Below are positions 40,801 through 54,269 of a stretch of DNA of 64,000 bases, piece by piece. The notes beneath the pieces are model-generated. The model worked only from the letters and a program-made list of their open reading frames with translations. It did no database searches and was not told the DNA's origin. How positions within the stretch are numbered: the stretch's first letter is position 1; every line of letters begins with the position of its first letter. A program made the position numbers and the translations under genes. The DNA is from Phoronis australis (taxonomy: Eukaryota > Animalia > Phoronida), in the NCBI GenBank assembly GCA_002633005.1, contig NMRA01000236.1:432861-496860 (forward strand), given 5' to 3'.

Positions 40801-43800
40801 GCAACTCCACTATAAGTTCAACTGACTTTAACTGATCTTCAAGTCCACTCAACTTCAATTCACTTTTAACTCTTTTCAAGTCAACTGACCCATGCCTTGG
40901 TATTTATAGTCTCTTACAATTTACTGGAATTTTTCTCCAATTCAAGCATATTCTAGAACTATGCGGAATCTACCGAATCATTCTACAAACATATACTAGT
41001 CTTTAGTATGTTCCATACTACATTAATCACTAACATAGTATCGTCCAGAATGTTCCATGACACTCTTTCAAATTGCTTAACAAATTATATCATCACTGTC
41101 TTGTCAATCAAGTGGTATGTGCTGGTAGACAAACAACACTAAAATTAAACTGGTTAACCCAATACCAGTGTCAGTCCACTTTTGACACCCTGTCAGTTGA
41201 TCTTCAGCCAACTCCACCTGTAATGTAAGCTTTAACCTCACTCTGGCGAAGGCACCTCTTTCCAAAATTCCATAACTTCTGCTCTGTTCATTTCAGGTTG
41301 TCCCAACCACTGTAGATGCCTCATGTTCCAGTGATACATCAACGCAGCAGACCGTCTATGGCCCACCAAATAAAGGTGAAGATCGTCTAGTGCTTGGCTC
41401 AATCTAACCTCCCGACACATTTGCTGCTAGCAAATCTACAGTTCATCTTCAGCTGTAAAATTCGTGTTACGCGCGTTATCTTACTACTGCACAAGACAAT
41501 CTTCAACTTAAAGGAAGATTGTGCCTACTTTCAGATAGAGGCAGATAAATTTCCAGTTGTAGACCAGTTTTGGTAGTATCTCAGAAGTTTCCAAACTCTA
41601 ACGAAAAAAATGCAGGTGGTGTGATGTCATCCGCGGTGCATCAGACGTGCACAGGCCTCATGGTTGGGCCCATTGCACTAAACAACAGACTTGCGCAGGC
41701 CTCATGGTTGGGCCCATTGCACTAAACAACAGACGTGCACAGGCCTCATGGTTGGGCCCATTGCACTAAACAACAGACGTGCACAGGCCTCATGGTTGTG
41801 CCCATTGCACTAAACATCAGACGTGCACAGGCCTCATGGTTGGGCCCATTGCACTAAACAACAGACGTGCACAGGCCTCATGGTTGGGCCCATTGCACTA
41901 AACAACAGAGCTAAAAACATGAGAGCCCCATTATTGATCAGCAGGTTCCTTGTGAAGGAAGTCTTCAAGTATGCCCGTCTGCTTTAAAAAAGCGGACAGA
42001 TTTCCATTTGTTGCCATGCACTATATGTTGTAGGCATGTAACAGTGCCATCCAGTAGCTTGATCATTAGTTTATACATAAAAAGCTGGCAAGACTACCAG
42101 GTGCTTAGGCGTTCATACGTCAGTACCATACTTGAGACTCACTAGGGTCCAGTTATGCCTAGTGATGTTTCTGTGTTGGGCTAGGTTACCGTGCCCGTCA
42201 AAATTTGAATGACATGTCATGTGCTTAAGATTATCTCAAACCTTATTTAGTAGCCTCCATTCTAACTGGTATAACTAAAAAATGAGCTTTGTCAACTAGT
42301 AAAAGTATATATTTTCGGAAAGAAAAAAGATCAGGGAATGTAAAAATTAATACTTTTTGTATTTATGTACCATTATTATTATTATTACATTAACACCATT
42401 TTTAAGTCAAAATTTCATTTTTAAGAAAGGTACATTCATAGCTAAATAACCCCTCGGTCAATTTTAATGAAACCTTTTTAATGAAAACTTCATCAATTAA
42501 CTCAAAAACTATGTTAGGAATTTTCGATTAGTCCTTTCGTTTGATTTCTATGACGAATCAAAACGTAAGGAATTTCTGTTAAAAATACAAGACCTTATTC
42601 GTCTTTCTTACATTTCGCAAAAACTAGGCCTTTTTATCGAAAATCGTATTAGTATTTTTTTGAGATTGAGGAATAAATTTTAAGTTTGGAAAGTTTTAGC
42701 GAATTCCACTGAACCGTTTTCGAAAACTCATGTTCCCAAGTTCGAATAAAGTCGACTTGCCAAAGCCGAGAAAATGCCACTTAAACTGGAACAAGTGAAT
42801 ATCTCAGTCTTCGGTTGATTATTTGGTAAATATAACCTATACATGCCTTAACCACGTGAGCTATTTCAACGTTAAGGAATTTAGGTGAGTATATATCTCA
42901 TTTCACAACTTCCTGTATTCATGACCACAGAAGCATGAGGCGACACATAGCATTCGTTCTCAATGCTCATATTCATGCTGTAGATGCACTACTCCCTTAG
43001 GATCAATACTACATTTTGTCTTTGTTTTCTCTGGCACCGTTCTATCATAAGTTCGCCTCCTTGACTCTATTATGGCAACTCCGTGAGTGAAAGAACGGAG
43101 GGTACATACGAAGATGCTCTGCGCCTGCCAGGATATTCGATTTGAGTGACCACCCTGTAACTTTTGACCTTGGATAAGTAGTAAACAAATATCCACGCAG
43201 GTGTGCGGTTCCAAGGTGGTTCTTCTTAATCTTTTTTCTCATTACACAGTATATATTTTGTATTTGAAGTTCCCCTAGAATGAAGATAAGGTATTTTGCT
43301 AGACACGTGAAATATTGCAAAAATGGCCAATCTTTGTGAATAAGGTTTGAGATTTCCTGCAGCGATGCCCACTGGGCTGCAAACTTGGTATGTACCCTGT
43401 TGTGTACACTCATCCTGCATCATCTGTAAGGTACCGGGATTGTAGGTTCAGGTACACAATGCAGTACGCTGACTCCTATCTTTGCGAGTATGTCTGCATT
43501 TTCACTGCCGTCACTTCCTACATGGGCCCTGATCCAGTGTACATTGACAGTTCTTCTAATTGCAAGCTTGTTAAGCTCATTAATGCAAGCATTAACACAA
43601 CTAGAGTTTACCCTTGGTTTCTTTAGGGATTTTATTGCCACTTGGCTATCTGAAAGGATGGTAATTGGCTGATTGCCCAGCTCGGTGTTATACTGTCGTG
43701 CCAGGTGAGCAGCTCTGTTAATTGCAGTGATCTCAGCCTGGAACACCATGACAAAATTGCCTGGCGATACCCAGCTTTCTGCATCAGCGATAGGAAGGCT

Positions 43801-45849
43801 TGGAAAATGATTCCAGCACCTGCCTGGCCATTTTCCATTTCAAGCCATCTGTATAACAAACCACCTCATTCTGCGATAGGCCATCCATCACCATTTTCCA
43901 TGAAGAAATTGTTTGTATGATTTAAAGCAGTGATCTGGAAATCTCTAGGCTTCTTAATTAATAACCCTAGGAATTTTTGCATTTTAAGTTGCATCATTTT
44001 TTTTGGGTGGTGATTTGAACAGACTATCTTGAAATGAATGTTGCACTCGAAATTTTAATTAAAAGGATTTTTGAGTACTCTTTTGGACCCCCAGGGACCA
44101 AAGCCCCTTTACTTCAATGGTAGGCGATGTACAATTGAACTATGCAGTCAAACTTCTTGCTCTCAAAAGTAAAATTCGGCTGACTTTCCAACTAATGGCA
44201 AGTACTGCCTGTGACAGGTGAACGTCTTTGGTAAGTATCAATGAAAACTACTTCTGATCACCTGCTCTTGTTTTTACTGTTTCCTACTTTTCACTTCACA
44301 GTTCCTACTTTTTCCTACTTTTTTGAATATGTGTCCTACTTTTCTCCTGTTATTTGTCTGTATACTTGGAAATTAGCTTTTGAGAGTTAATTTAACAATT
44401 ACTATATTTACTAATGTTTTGTGAATATCTCCTGAGGATTTGACGAGTCCTTTTTCAATTGCAACTTTTTACTTTGCAGATGGTGTGATCGACTTAACTA
44501 ATGAATCCAGCGAACAAGATGATCTGATGAAAGCCATTGCTGCCAGCTTACAGGACTCTCAGGGCATTCTGGGTAGCCAGGTAGTTTCTAAGGAAGACAT
44601 TGAAGTCAGCAGGTAATGGGCACTTAATTTCACATGGTAAACAACTGAGACGCATTAATTATCAACATTAAATTTACAAAAATCACTTCATAAATATTTT
44701 TTTTCTTTTTTGAATGTTGTGTGATTTATTATTTGTCCTTATAGCCATGTTTTGACAAATGGTAACATTGTTAACATCATTAAAAGGATACTAAACCTTG
44801 TTTTGGTGATTTTTAACCAATTCTCGTTCTGTCACCTGCAAGTGCACCAGGAGGATTTAACAAAAAACATACTGTTTGTGTCAGACATTGGATATTGCTG
44901 TTCTTGGTGGGTAGTTTTTCCCTACAGTTGTGTAACTCGCCTGAAGCGTAATTCACACTTGTCTGTTGAGCAGACTTCGTAAGATGTTTTCAGTCTTTGT
45001 TCCAAACTTTTGAGGGTTAAAGGGCATTATTTTGTCCAAAGAACTGGCTGGAAAAGTCATTTAATAGGTCAAAGTTGGGTTTGGCGTCCTCTTAAACTTT
45101 CCTTTATGGCACTCACAACTGTGAATTCAATAGTCGAAAATGAGAAAAAATACTTATGTCACAACATCATTGCCTTAGTTATGGGGACACGATGTATGAC
45201 TCGGCTATTCTTAGCCATCTATGGGCTACTGGACATGATTTTAATACTGATGATGTCACCCTCCTAGACTGTGAGGAAGATTGGTTCAGAAGGGGTGTCA
45301 AAGAAGCTCTCTATGAACACATTGAGAGCCCCTCTATGAATAAACAAGGTGGTTTAAGGTTCCATCTGTCACACTTGTGGGATGGTGTCCTGACCTCGAT
45401 GATACGTTGTCTGGTTAAAACGCCACCTATTGGCCAGAACAATAATGACATCACTAGCCAAGCTGGAGTCCATGAGAGACGGACACAATATCGCTAACTC
45501 AAGAAAGCAAATTCCAGTATTTGACTCAGTTATTCTGTATTTTGTTACCTCAACTGGATGTCTCAAAACTTTCATTCATTTGTTTCTTTGATTAGATTAA
45601 TAACTTCTCTTTCACTGGATTTCCAATTGGTGCGCTCCCGGTATTACAAGTTATGAATACGTTATGATTTTGTTGCCCTGCAGAATTCTGGAAGCAAGTT
45701 TGGCTGACAGCAAAACTGGAACAAAGAGAAGACATGGGGACCTGTGGTTCAGAGACCCAGTGAATCCACACGAGAGGATGCGCGAGACAGGCTGGCCCGT
45801 TGGTCTGAAGAACGTGGGCAATACCTGCTGGTTTAGTGCCGTCATTCAG
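31844..45849 (+). CDS. USP25: Ubiquitin carboxyl-terminal hydrolase USP25/USP28 family, 5' partial
   Basis: Exons: 31844-31894 (MTVEQEESRGIVKTKTV|gtaagt; MTVEQ as in recalled human USP25), 36244-36426 (UBA-like QIQEVTGIQSTTVIREAVKQ), 44480-44612 (SIM VIDLT plus UIM DDLMKAIAASL), 45684-45849 (ILEASLAD and Cys box PVGLKNVGNTCWFSAVIQ). One linker exon and all later exons were not identified. Confidence 0.9.
32270..33202. mobile_element. Young non-autonomous Mutator-like (MULE) element with ~272-bp TIRs
   Basis: 32270-32541 is a near-perfect inverted copy of 32931-33202. Exact 9-bp TSD CCCCCCGTG at 32261-32269 and 33203-33211. Confidence 0.88.
33357..35952. mobile_element. PIF/Harbinger-like MITE split into halves (33357-33524 and 35711-35952) by a later insertion
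   Basis: Imperfect ~85-bp TIRs starting (G/T)GCCC, flanked by CTG and CAG. An uninterrupted sister copy at 53944-54160 joins the two halves. Confidence 0.8.
33525..35710. mobile_element. 2.2-kb non-autonomous DNA transposon with short TIRs
   Basis: Termini AGTGAGAACAGCAT and ATGTTGTCCTCGCT (11/14 inverted match). ACTCTTATT is duplicated at 33516-33524 and 35711-35719 (or a 7-bp TSD if the ends are TAG...CTA). Internal degenerate tandem repeat at ~34315-34570. Confidence 0.75.
40500..41062 (-). mobile_element. Probable solo LTR
   Basis: TGTCA...TGACA inverted termini, 563 bp, TATA-like CTATAAATA on - at ~40901-40909. No clear TSD. Confidence 0.5.
41642..41908. repeat. 44-bp minisatellite x6
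   Basis: Unit CAGACGTGCACAGGCCTCATGGTTGGGCCCATTGCACTAAACAA. Confidence 0.95.
42229..43357. mobile_element. Non-autonomous TIR element (possibly Kolobok-like)
   Basis: Perfect 15-bp inverted repeat ATCTCAAACCTTATT at 42233-42247 and 43339-43353. TTAA precedes the left end only. Confidence 0.55.
43360..43900 (-). mobile_element. Non-LTR retrotransposon RNase HI remnant (I/LOA/R1-like)
   Basis: YTDG...GQAGAG, then frameshifted into VFQAEITAI...ILSDSQVAIKSL...VHWIRAHVGSDGSENADILAKIG...PEP, the RNase H motifs of non-LTR elements. Confidence 0.88.
45130..45580 (+). mobile_element. Penelope-like element remnant (GIY-YIG endonuclease C-terminus)
   Basis: SAILSHLWATGHDFNTDDVTLLDCEEDWFRRGVKEALYEHIESPSMNKQGGLRFHLSHLWD matches the recalled PLE GIY-YIG C-terminal pattern. 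Confidence 0.85.
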
Positions 45850-48800
45850 GTAGGACACATCATCAAATAGTTACACTTCATGGCTCATACTTGTGATGGT
45901 CAAACTTGGAAGTCGATGAAATTAATTTCCATGCACGAAAAAGTCATGGAAATTGAAAAGAGAGTTAAAAAGTTCTGGCAACTTATTTTGCGAGTCGTAT
46001 TGCAAGTTTGGTTATGCCTTTCAGTTACGTAACTCATGGAAGAGGAAAGTTTGATGTAAAAAAGTGTGAAGATTTTATTGTATCTTCGATCTACACAATT
46101 CAACCGAGGTAGCTGAAAAGCACTGTCAGTGCGTATATAAACTTGTTCAGTGTTGGGAGTAACTGAAGTTGTTTTGACTCAGTCATGGTACTGTTTTGTC
46201 ATTTTATTACAATAACTTATTTTAATTATCAGTGTGAATGTGTAATAATAATTGGTGAATGAGATTATGAGAGGTATTTTTGTCATAATGGTGTCATATA
46301 TTTGCAAATCTCTCATCCTCTTTTGTAACACATATGTCTCTGATATATAATGCTATTGGTGGATTATAATATACATATAAATTGCAAATTTTTCGTAGTT
46401 TATTGCTTGGTCGGGAATTCACTGCTTTGTGCAATTCTGACGTTAATGTCAGTCACAGATTTAATATGCATGCTTGTATGTGTGATGCCTTTTTCCATCA
46501 GTCCAGCAAACATCAATAAAACTGGTAAATAACTGGGGTGTCAATAGATAATGCATTTACATAATAAATAAAAGTGGATATTAGCAATAGAACTGGTGGC
46601 ATGTGATTTATTAAGGTTTGTTTCCTGTAAATTCATGCATTATTAAGGTTTATGATTTTCGAAATGTAAATTTGTGGATGTGTAGTGGGCAATTTAGAAA
46701 TTAATATCTGAACTTTGTTCTATGCTAACCAGCTGCCTTAAATCGCTCTGTGTAAAGTATGTTATATCATACAAAACTGAATTGTAATGTTTGATTATAA
46801 ATCTCCCAATAGATGTCAGTTCAATAGCTTGGTGCCCTGTTCATTGCTGTTGCTGATAGTGTGGTATGTGCATATAGCATTTTCATTATATCACTGTCAC
46901 ACCCATCACTTGAATTAGATGAGAAATGAAATTACCATGTTTAACAAAAATGTTCCAATCTAATTTCAAGTGTTTTAAATGCCTGAATACAAACATTTAC
47001 ACAAATTATTACAACTTTTACAAAGTTACAGAGTTTCAAATTAATGAAAAAGTAACAAGTAAAACTGCATTAAAATTCAATAAAATACACACACTGCTAA
47101 AGATGAAACTTTAGTGTAGCATTCGTCACAGAAATTTTATAACATTTCAAAAGATCTCTCAAACTTTTGCATGCATCCAGTTGGGATTTCACAAGCATTT
47201 TCATCGACTTCTATGATACAACATTTTCGTTAAAAAACTCAACTTTGTGAAATACATAATAATGGGCTTCACGTATTTCTCGTGGCAACTCAAACTGACC
47301 GCTTCTGGTTTATTTAATTCTTTTCTACAAAACGCGTCTCAAAAAGTGTTTTGTCTGCAGCTGTAAAAAATCATGACTTAAGTGAATCAAGGACATGGAC
47401 CACACTGAAAAATGTAGTTTAACGTTTATGCTAGTTTGGTGATATAGTGTATTGAATTTTCCAATGATGTATTTTTTTCCTCTATCAGCTGTCTGCGTGA
47501 TATTTATTTTTCACCAGCAGTTTTCAATTTGGTGTCACGTCAAAGCATAATGAGCTGTAAAGAAAAAATCACATAATTTGTAAAGAATTAACCAAATTGT
47601 ATTTGCGCAGTTTCAAAATTGTTGAATGTACAAGCCATAGATTCTTAAATGTCACTGTTTTTGGATACTTGCTTGTGTATTAGTGTGGGTCATAATTCTT
47701 ATACTGAAGCATACTTTCACTACCATTTTGCACATTTCAATGTCTGTAATCTCTGAATTGCAGTTTCCCATTTACGCGATGATAATTTCCACTTCTGTGC
47801 ACTTAATTATCATAATTTTAAACATGGAAATCTAGTTGTGGAATACCAACTTGGATTTTGTGCTGCTGCGGTTGCATTGCACATGTGTGGCTTTTGTTTA
47901 CATTCGTTCGTTCTGGTTATTGCTATGGGATTTACTGTCACTAAAACTTTTCGCAACTCTGCCGTTTTTCAACCAAATTGCATTAAAGTCGCGTCATTAG
48001 AAAGCCCTTCGTCGATTAGTGACGCTGTATGATTATAGCAGAAGCTAACGATAAATAATTTAATTCATAAGTAATTATCATTTCGCATATCTGACTGGTT
48101 TAAATATTAATTCTAAAAACCAAGAGTGTTACCGAAATGCGAAAAATAACAAGATGTAATAGTAACATAAATAGGAAGTGAAAAAGAGAGGTTAAATGAC
48201 TAATTAAACCAGCAGGGAAATAAGTTCATTGATTCAAAAGATTTCTACTCTACCAAGGCAAGATTTTAGAATAGGGATCCCTTACAATTGTGAAGAATTT
48301 AGTCGGGCATTCACATCTTTGGTGCCGTTTGATGCAGTTCTTAATTACTCCAACTTCCTATCCTAAATTTGCAAATAGAGGCTTTCTGAGAGGTAAAAAA
48401 GAGCAAACATCTATTGCGTAGGTTCGAAATGCACTGTGGATATGTCATTACATAGGGTGCAGTCTAGGACTTTTCCATAGTAGTTAGTAAAAAAAAACTC
48501 ATTTCTTCATAAAATAAAGTGATACTTGTGTTACCATAAACAAGAGACATTGAAACATATTTTTACAATTGTTATGTTATTAAAGACAGTCGACTCTAGA
48601 GAATAACACCTGTTCCGTAGTTGTCAACATTTGAGAATGCAAAAACAGGACAAGTGGATTAAAAATTGGGACTTACAGCAGGCTATCTGGGTATATTGCG
48701 GAAACACATTGGGTGAAATATTCACTACTTTGTTGAACGGGACATATTGCAGCCAAAAGCGTGTTACGGTGCTTTTTGTGTTTGTTTTCTAAGTTAAATG

Positions 48801-49019
48801 ATCAATTGCGGGTGCCTCAAAACCCCATGAAATGTCCCGTTTTTTCCTAAAAGTTTTTAGTTGAATGGAAAAATAATGCTATGTTGTGTGGGAAATTACA
48901 GTACCATAGTCAGGGCTCGACACTATGAAAATTGCCAGATTGTATTTTCGAAATCCAGCTTGCATTCATAAATGCCAGGTCACAAAATTTTCAGGCCAAT
49001 TTTACTGGCCGGAAATGAT

Positions 49020-50750
49020 TTTTACTGTGCCCACATATTTATATGTGGACGCATTATACCGTCATCTCCGTCTGTCTGGGGTCCGCTGCTCTATCCCCAA
49101 AACCCTTTGATGTATGTTCATGAAATTTTGCACATATCCTTTCATGGATGGGATTGCATGAGTGCACTTTTGGATGAATCGGACTACCGGTGTGTCCCCT
49201 AGTGGCAATTTTACTTTTTTGCGTTTACCTCTGTATCTTTAAAGGTACTCGACGTATCTTCATAAAATTTAGCTTATAGGCATCTGTTAGTGGGATGACA
49301 CTATCCTCCTGCTGTTTGGATTCAACGTAGTTTGCACCACCTAGTGGCCATTTACTGTTTTCGTTTTTTGGCGTCCACCTCTTTATCAACTAAACCGCTC
49401 TAAGGACGATTGTGAAAATTGGCATGTATGTTCTTCCTATGAAGAGGACGGCTGAGGATGAGTTTCTGACAACTTTGACTAATGCGGCACCTCCTAGTGG
49501 CAGTTTTGTTTTTTTTGCCCAGACGGCATCTTTTAGGCAGATCCAACGAATGCTGTGCCCCTTAGTGGCAATTTCATTTGTTTTCGTTTTCCTTTGTTTT
49601 TCTGACAGATTTTTATGAAATTTAGTGAATAGCTTTCTATTAAAGAAGCGATGGCATGATCCCATTTTAAGATGTATTGGACATTTTTGCGCCATCTAGT
49701 GGCCATTTTCATGAAACAAATAAACAACCCTAGAAGCACACCATTTGCGGTGCATTCGATGATTTTGGGAAGGTCTGATACTGTGCTGTCCCCAACTCTC
49801 TATTTTGTCTGTGCTTCAACATCTACCATGCTTATTGATGGATGGATCCTCATGAATTTTTTTTTTCGTTCCTACTGAGGAGAGTACGGATGGTGTTGAT
49901 TTCGCTCTGACTGCTATGACATCCCCTATTAGGTTTTCTTTGTGTGTTCCAGGATATCTACCAAGTTCTTACAGTTGGAAATTTACAGATGGTCATCTGC
50001 CCAGTGTTAGATGAATTCAACCTAATTGTGCTCTATAACATCTGTCATTTTGACATCTTCCTCCCTGTTTGCTTACCACTTGATAAACCGTCATGAAAGT
50101 TGGCAGATGTGTTTATATCGAGTATAATGTCTGGTCTACACTAGAATTCAGGACAAATCTACTGTGGCATCCTTTAGTGACAATGTTAGTTCTCATATCT
50201 TAGCAAGTTCTTCCATGGATATTTATGAATTTTGGTATACGGTATTTATCAAATTAGGAGAGTACAGCTGCAGTTTATTTTGGACTTTTCTGACTCCTGT
50301 GGTGGCCTATAGTGGCATTTTTTGTGTATGCCTTGGTACTTGCCAGGTTTCTAATGGATCTTCTGAGAAGAAAAAGCTCAGAGCCTGTCTGGTGTTGATT
50401 TTGCAACTGTTAGAACCACTGTCAGTGGTACCCCTTGTGGCAGTTTGGGTTATCTGGAGTTTATTGAATATTCATAGTCTTGAAATTTGGCTCTTGAACT
50501 TCTATTGAAAGCATATTTTTGATTTTTTTTTGGACTGATGTGACTACTGTGATGCCCCCTAATTTGACTGATATGGCTACTAGTGCCCCCCTGGTAGCAA
50601 ATTGCCATTGTATCTGCCTTTCTATTTTCCAAGTTCTTCATTGACCCACATGTTCATAATTTGGAGAGCTGTTACTGGTGTGGATTTTCAATGGGTCTGA
50701 CTGCTGTGGAAATATTTGAAACATGGGTACATCCTGCATTTTTTCTCTTT
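49020..50750 (+). mobile_element. Probable Helentron-associated (HINE/DINE-like) non-autonomous element with internal ~140-150 bp degenerate repeats
   Basis: 5' short hairpin CCACATAT-TT-ATATGTGG followed by CCGTCTGTC-type microsatellite, then repeated units each containing C(C/T)TAGTGGC. Confidence 0.55.
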
Positions 50751-51072
50751 GTGATGTTTGGTGGCCCACCACTGCCAAGCTAAATTTAATTAATTGCTAA
50801 GGAAACAATGTTTTTTAAAAGAAAAGAAAATTATTGAATGTGAGTTGTTTTAATTTTAAAACCAAAATAAAATCACTATTTAAAGCAAAATTCAGTCTCA
50901 TCCCGTTTCCACTTTCAAATGATTTTAAAATGAAAGCAGACTTTGGCAGCCACAGCCTATCATTTATGATAGGTATTGGTGTTCATTCAGTGTCAGTTGT
51001 CAAAGGAATGTTGATCTTTTTGTGTCCATATTATGTACAATCATTCATTGATAGTTTAAGCTGACTAAAGTT

Positions 51073-51581
51073 GCTTTCCCATTAAGGCGAAACTTCACTT
51101 TTACCGAAGTTTCGATAAGTGGGTAAGATTAACTCCAGTAGCGAAACTTCGCTGAGAATAGTAGGATTTAAAAGTGAAGCTTCGGTACTCTCCAAAACTT
51201 TGGTGTAGTGGGAAAGGTCAGAGCAAAGCTTCGCCGAAGTTATCGGTAGAGGTCGCGCTAACAATACATGGTCACGCGAGGCTTGCAAAAGGTTTCCTTG
51301 TTAATGTAGCATAGCCTACGTGCTCTCAATAGACACACGTAAATAAATAAAAGAAAGCGTATCTGATGAAGAATGACACTGATCATTTTCATAAACACTC
51401 ATAGATGGCAGGAGAACAATTTTAAGTTAGCCTCAAACCCACTACTCAATATCCGTTTGAGAGTACGAATGAACTGTGTGATATGGTATTTTATCAATAA
51501 CTTGTCTTTCATGTTGCTGTTGGAAAGATAAGCGAAGTTTCAGCAAAGCTTGGGTAAAGGAAGTTCCCCTAATGGGAAAGT
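51073..51581. mobile_element. MITE (Harbinger-like)
   Basis: CTTTCCCATTA near 51074 and TAATGGGAAAG at 51570-51580 form inverted termini. Internal CGAAGTTTCG-like subrepeats. Confidence 0.7.
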
Positions 51582-53943
51582 GCTTGTAAACAGAAAGTTA
51601 ATGAGCCTGCAGTAAAAGGGCCCCACACAATGGACTAGGTTGTGATTAGTCTGCACTGTGAACACTCATTAGAGAATAACTGATCATATTGGTTCCAAGG
51701 AAGTTTCACATAACAACAGTGACAAAAGAGTAATTTAGAAATGAATTCTAAGATTGGTTAACAACAAAAAATAATACAGAAGTTTTATAATACTGGACAG
51801 ACTGTCCCGAAATGAAATATGAAAATGAACCCAGCAAATTAGCTATATCTTATGCCTCCTGATTGGTTGGATAATATTTTGAAACTTATTCTGATTGGTC
51901 AGCTGCACTGCTACTTAACATGAAATACAGCATTTGTGCACTGATTTCTATGGGAGATTCCTCGCGTCAACAAATCAAAATTTTCTATAATTCAGTCTAC
52001 TTCTGTAATTATCGTGGGGGGTGGAGTAGAAAGAGTATACAAAAGGATGAAAAACAAGAGGACAGGAAACACATCCCACAAGTCTTGCAATCTTGGACAA
52101 GGAGGTAAGGTACCGTATTCGCCGTAATAACCGTCCATGCCCCTATAAGCGCCCCCCCGCGCGTTTTCAGACTTTGCTGAAATAACCGCTCAGTCCATGA
52201 ACGTGTACGTGTGAAAAATGCCTCACCTACAGTCTTAAAATTGACCTTACGCCAGAAAATGAATGACAGGTTTGATTGACCAATCAGAATGTTGCATTCC
52301 GGACATTCCTCCAGACTGCAGTTCAAGTTGACATCTGTCCGACAAACATTAGCGTCTGTAGGACAAAACACGTTCAACTACAATGTGCATTTTAAATGGT
52401 CAAGAGGTGTTGTTGTGGTGTGTGTAATTCAGACTGTCGTTATACCGACAGAGATGAAAGTCCTGTCAATTTTTGTCCTTTTCCAAAGCCTAAAAGTGAC
52501 GTTGATATAAGCAAACGGTAGATTACTTAAACTTTGTGTACTCCCGCACGAGCAGCCTAACCTAGATCTAAACACAAGTATGTTCTAAGGTATGCACTAT
52601 TTTTAATATTTCTTCCCAATATTGCAATTTTGGCTCTGGATTACAGTCTTTGTTAAGTGTGTGTTCCACCACCTCTGCGATCACTTTCTGATTCATTATA
52701 ACCATACATGACGACCATCCCGAATAGCACTGACGAAAACGAGTTAAAATATAGTCAATCAATTAAAAAAGAGTCAAAATGCATTGCAGGCCTACCTACT
52801 TACCTATTAGAAGCTCTTACATCTATACTGATTGTGAGTGTTGTTACAGGCCTATTCCTTCGTAACTCCAGTCTTGGCCCTGTCGACTGCGGGCTCGTGA
52901 CTGCTATTATCTCAACAAAGATTGCCAGTAAAAACCAAAGCGAAGGATTGAAAACTTTATTATGAACATCGGAGAAAATGCACGTTAATTACCGAAAATA
53001 TGTAACATTTTGGCGCTACGCCGTGGCACTACAGAAATGGCAAGCACGTACTGGGTAAATGCGCAGTGCCCGCACTGGTTGACATGTACGTAGGCGCATA
53101 TAACTCAGTCAGATTGGCAACAGTCCGCAGTCGGCAAGTGTGTTTTGTTTAGTCTGTCTTCGGAGGTCATAATCACGGTCATCGCTCAAGTACTGACCGG
53201 GTTAGGCTGGTGTTGCTTCATCAAAATCACTACCTTTGAAATGTTAACTTGAATGGTTAAGTGGGACTCCGAATTTCGACTTGTTACGTGTGTCTGTCAT
53301 GGCGCCGGCTCGACCATCGGCGATCACTGGACACGAAATTCTCGGCTGAACTTACAGTTACAGCTTAGTAGGTTTCTTGATCCCCTAAATATTTCAGTAA
53401 AACATTCATTTTGCTTTGAGGGAAGAATTGTTACTCATTAAGGATTGTTGCTATTATTTTTAACCGCATTCGTGCAGTTTTTGTCGACGCTGATGTCAAC
53501 TCTATGAGGCTCATAGGCGAGATTTGCGCTGACATCTGAAACATCCGCGGCCGGTTTACGTCAGGTGTTCTCGACATAAATCTTCACCCCGTTCCCGTAG
53601 GAACCTTTTCTGAAGGCTGTTGCCTTTTGTCTTTGTCATGGCGAGATTCATAGGGAAGATAATGTTCGCCAAAGTCTGCGTGAATATCAGTTACCACACC
53701 GGTCTTGCTTGACGAAGCCATTCTCTGATGTCGGACTTCCGCATCTGCTGGCGTAAGGTCAATTCTACAGTAACTTCACCAATTTATCAATAATATCCGA
53801 CAGTCTTGAAAAATTCATTGTGTGCAGAATTTGTAGACCACGAGCCTCGCCGCTATGTCGGTATTTAGCCGTGACTATACACTTCAAAATTCCGCCATGC
53901 CTCAAAACGAACACAAAAGTTGCTGATCTTGCGAGGACCACTG

Positions 53944-54160
53944 GGCCCGGTCTCTAATCTTTGTACTCGAAACCAACTCGAAACTATTTTTGGCAATTTC
54001 TCTGCTCTTTTTGTGCGAACTTAAGATAATTGGTTATCAGACTGTGCTCGAATACATTACAGTTTATGCATAGGAGTTTCTAGTTCAAGTTTGCCCTTGA
54101 AGACCCTTATATTCGTGCTACAAACTCGAGTAAAAACTCGAAATTTGGAGTTCAAACTCG
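53944..54160. mobile_element. Second copy of the Harbinger-like MITE, truncated by the gap
   Basis: High similarity to 33357-33523 continuing directly into 35720-35768. Confidence 0.85.
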
Positions 54161-54269
54161 NNNNNNNNNNNNNNNNNNNNNNNNNNNNNNNNNNNNNNNN
54201 NNNNNNNNNNNNNNNNNNNNNNNNNNNNNNNNNNNNNNNNNNNNNNNNNNNNNNNNNNNNNNNNNNNNN
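54161..54269. other. Assembly gap (109 N)
   Basis: Run of N. Confidence 1.

Noticed and set aside
41642-41908. CRISPR-like appearance of this and other short repeat arrays (1-136, 18290-18607, 24017-24202, 27751-27883)
   Set aside because: Head-to-tail units with no unique spacers, no cas genes, eukaryotic context.
52016-52110. Purine-rich stretch ending in GAG|gtaagg as a possible USP exon
   Set aside because: Translation does not resemble the USP catalytic domain and no convincing acceptor was found.
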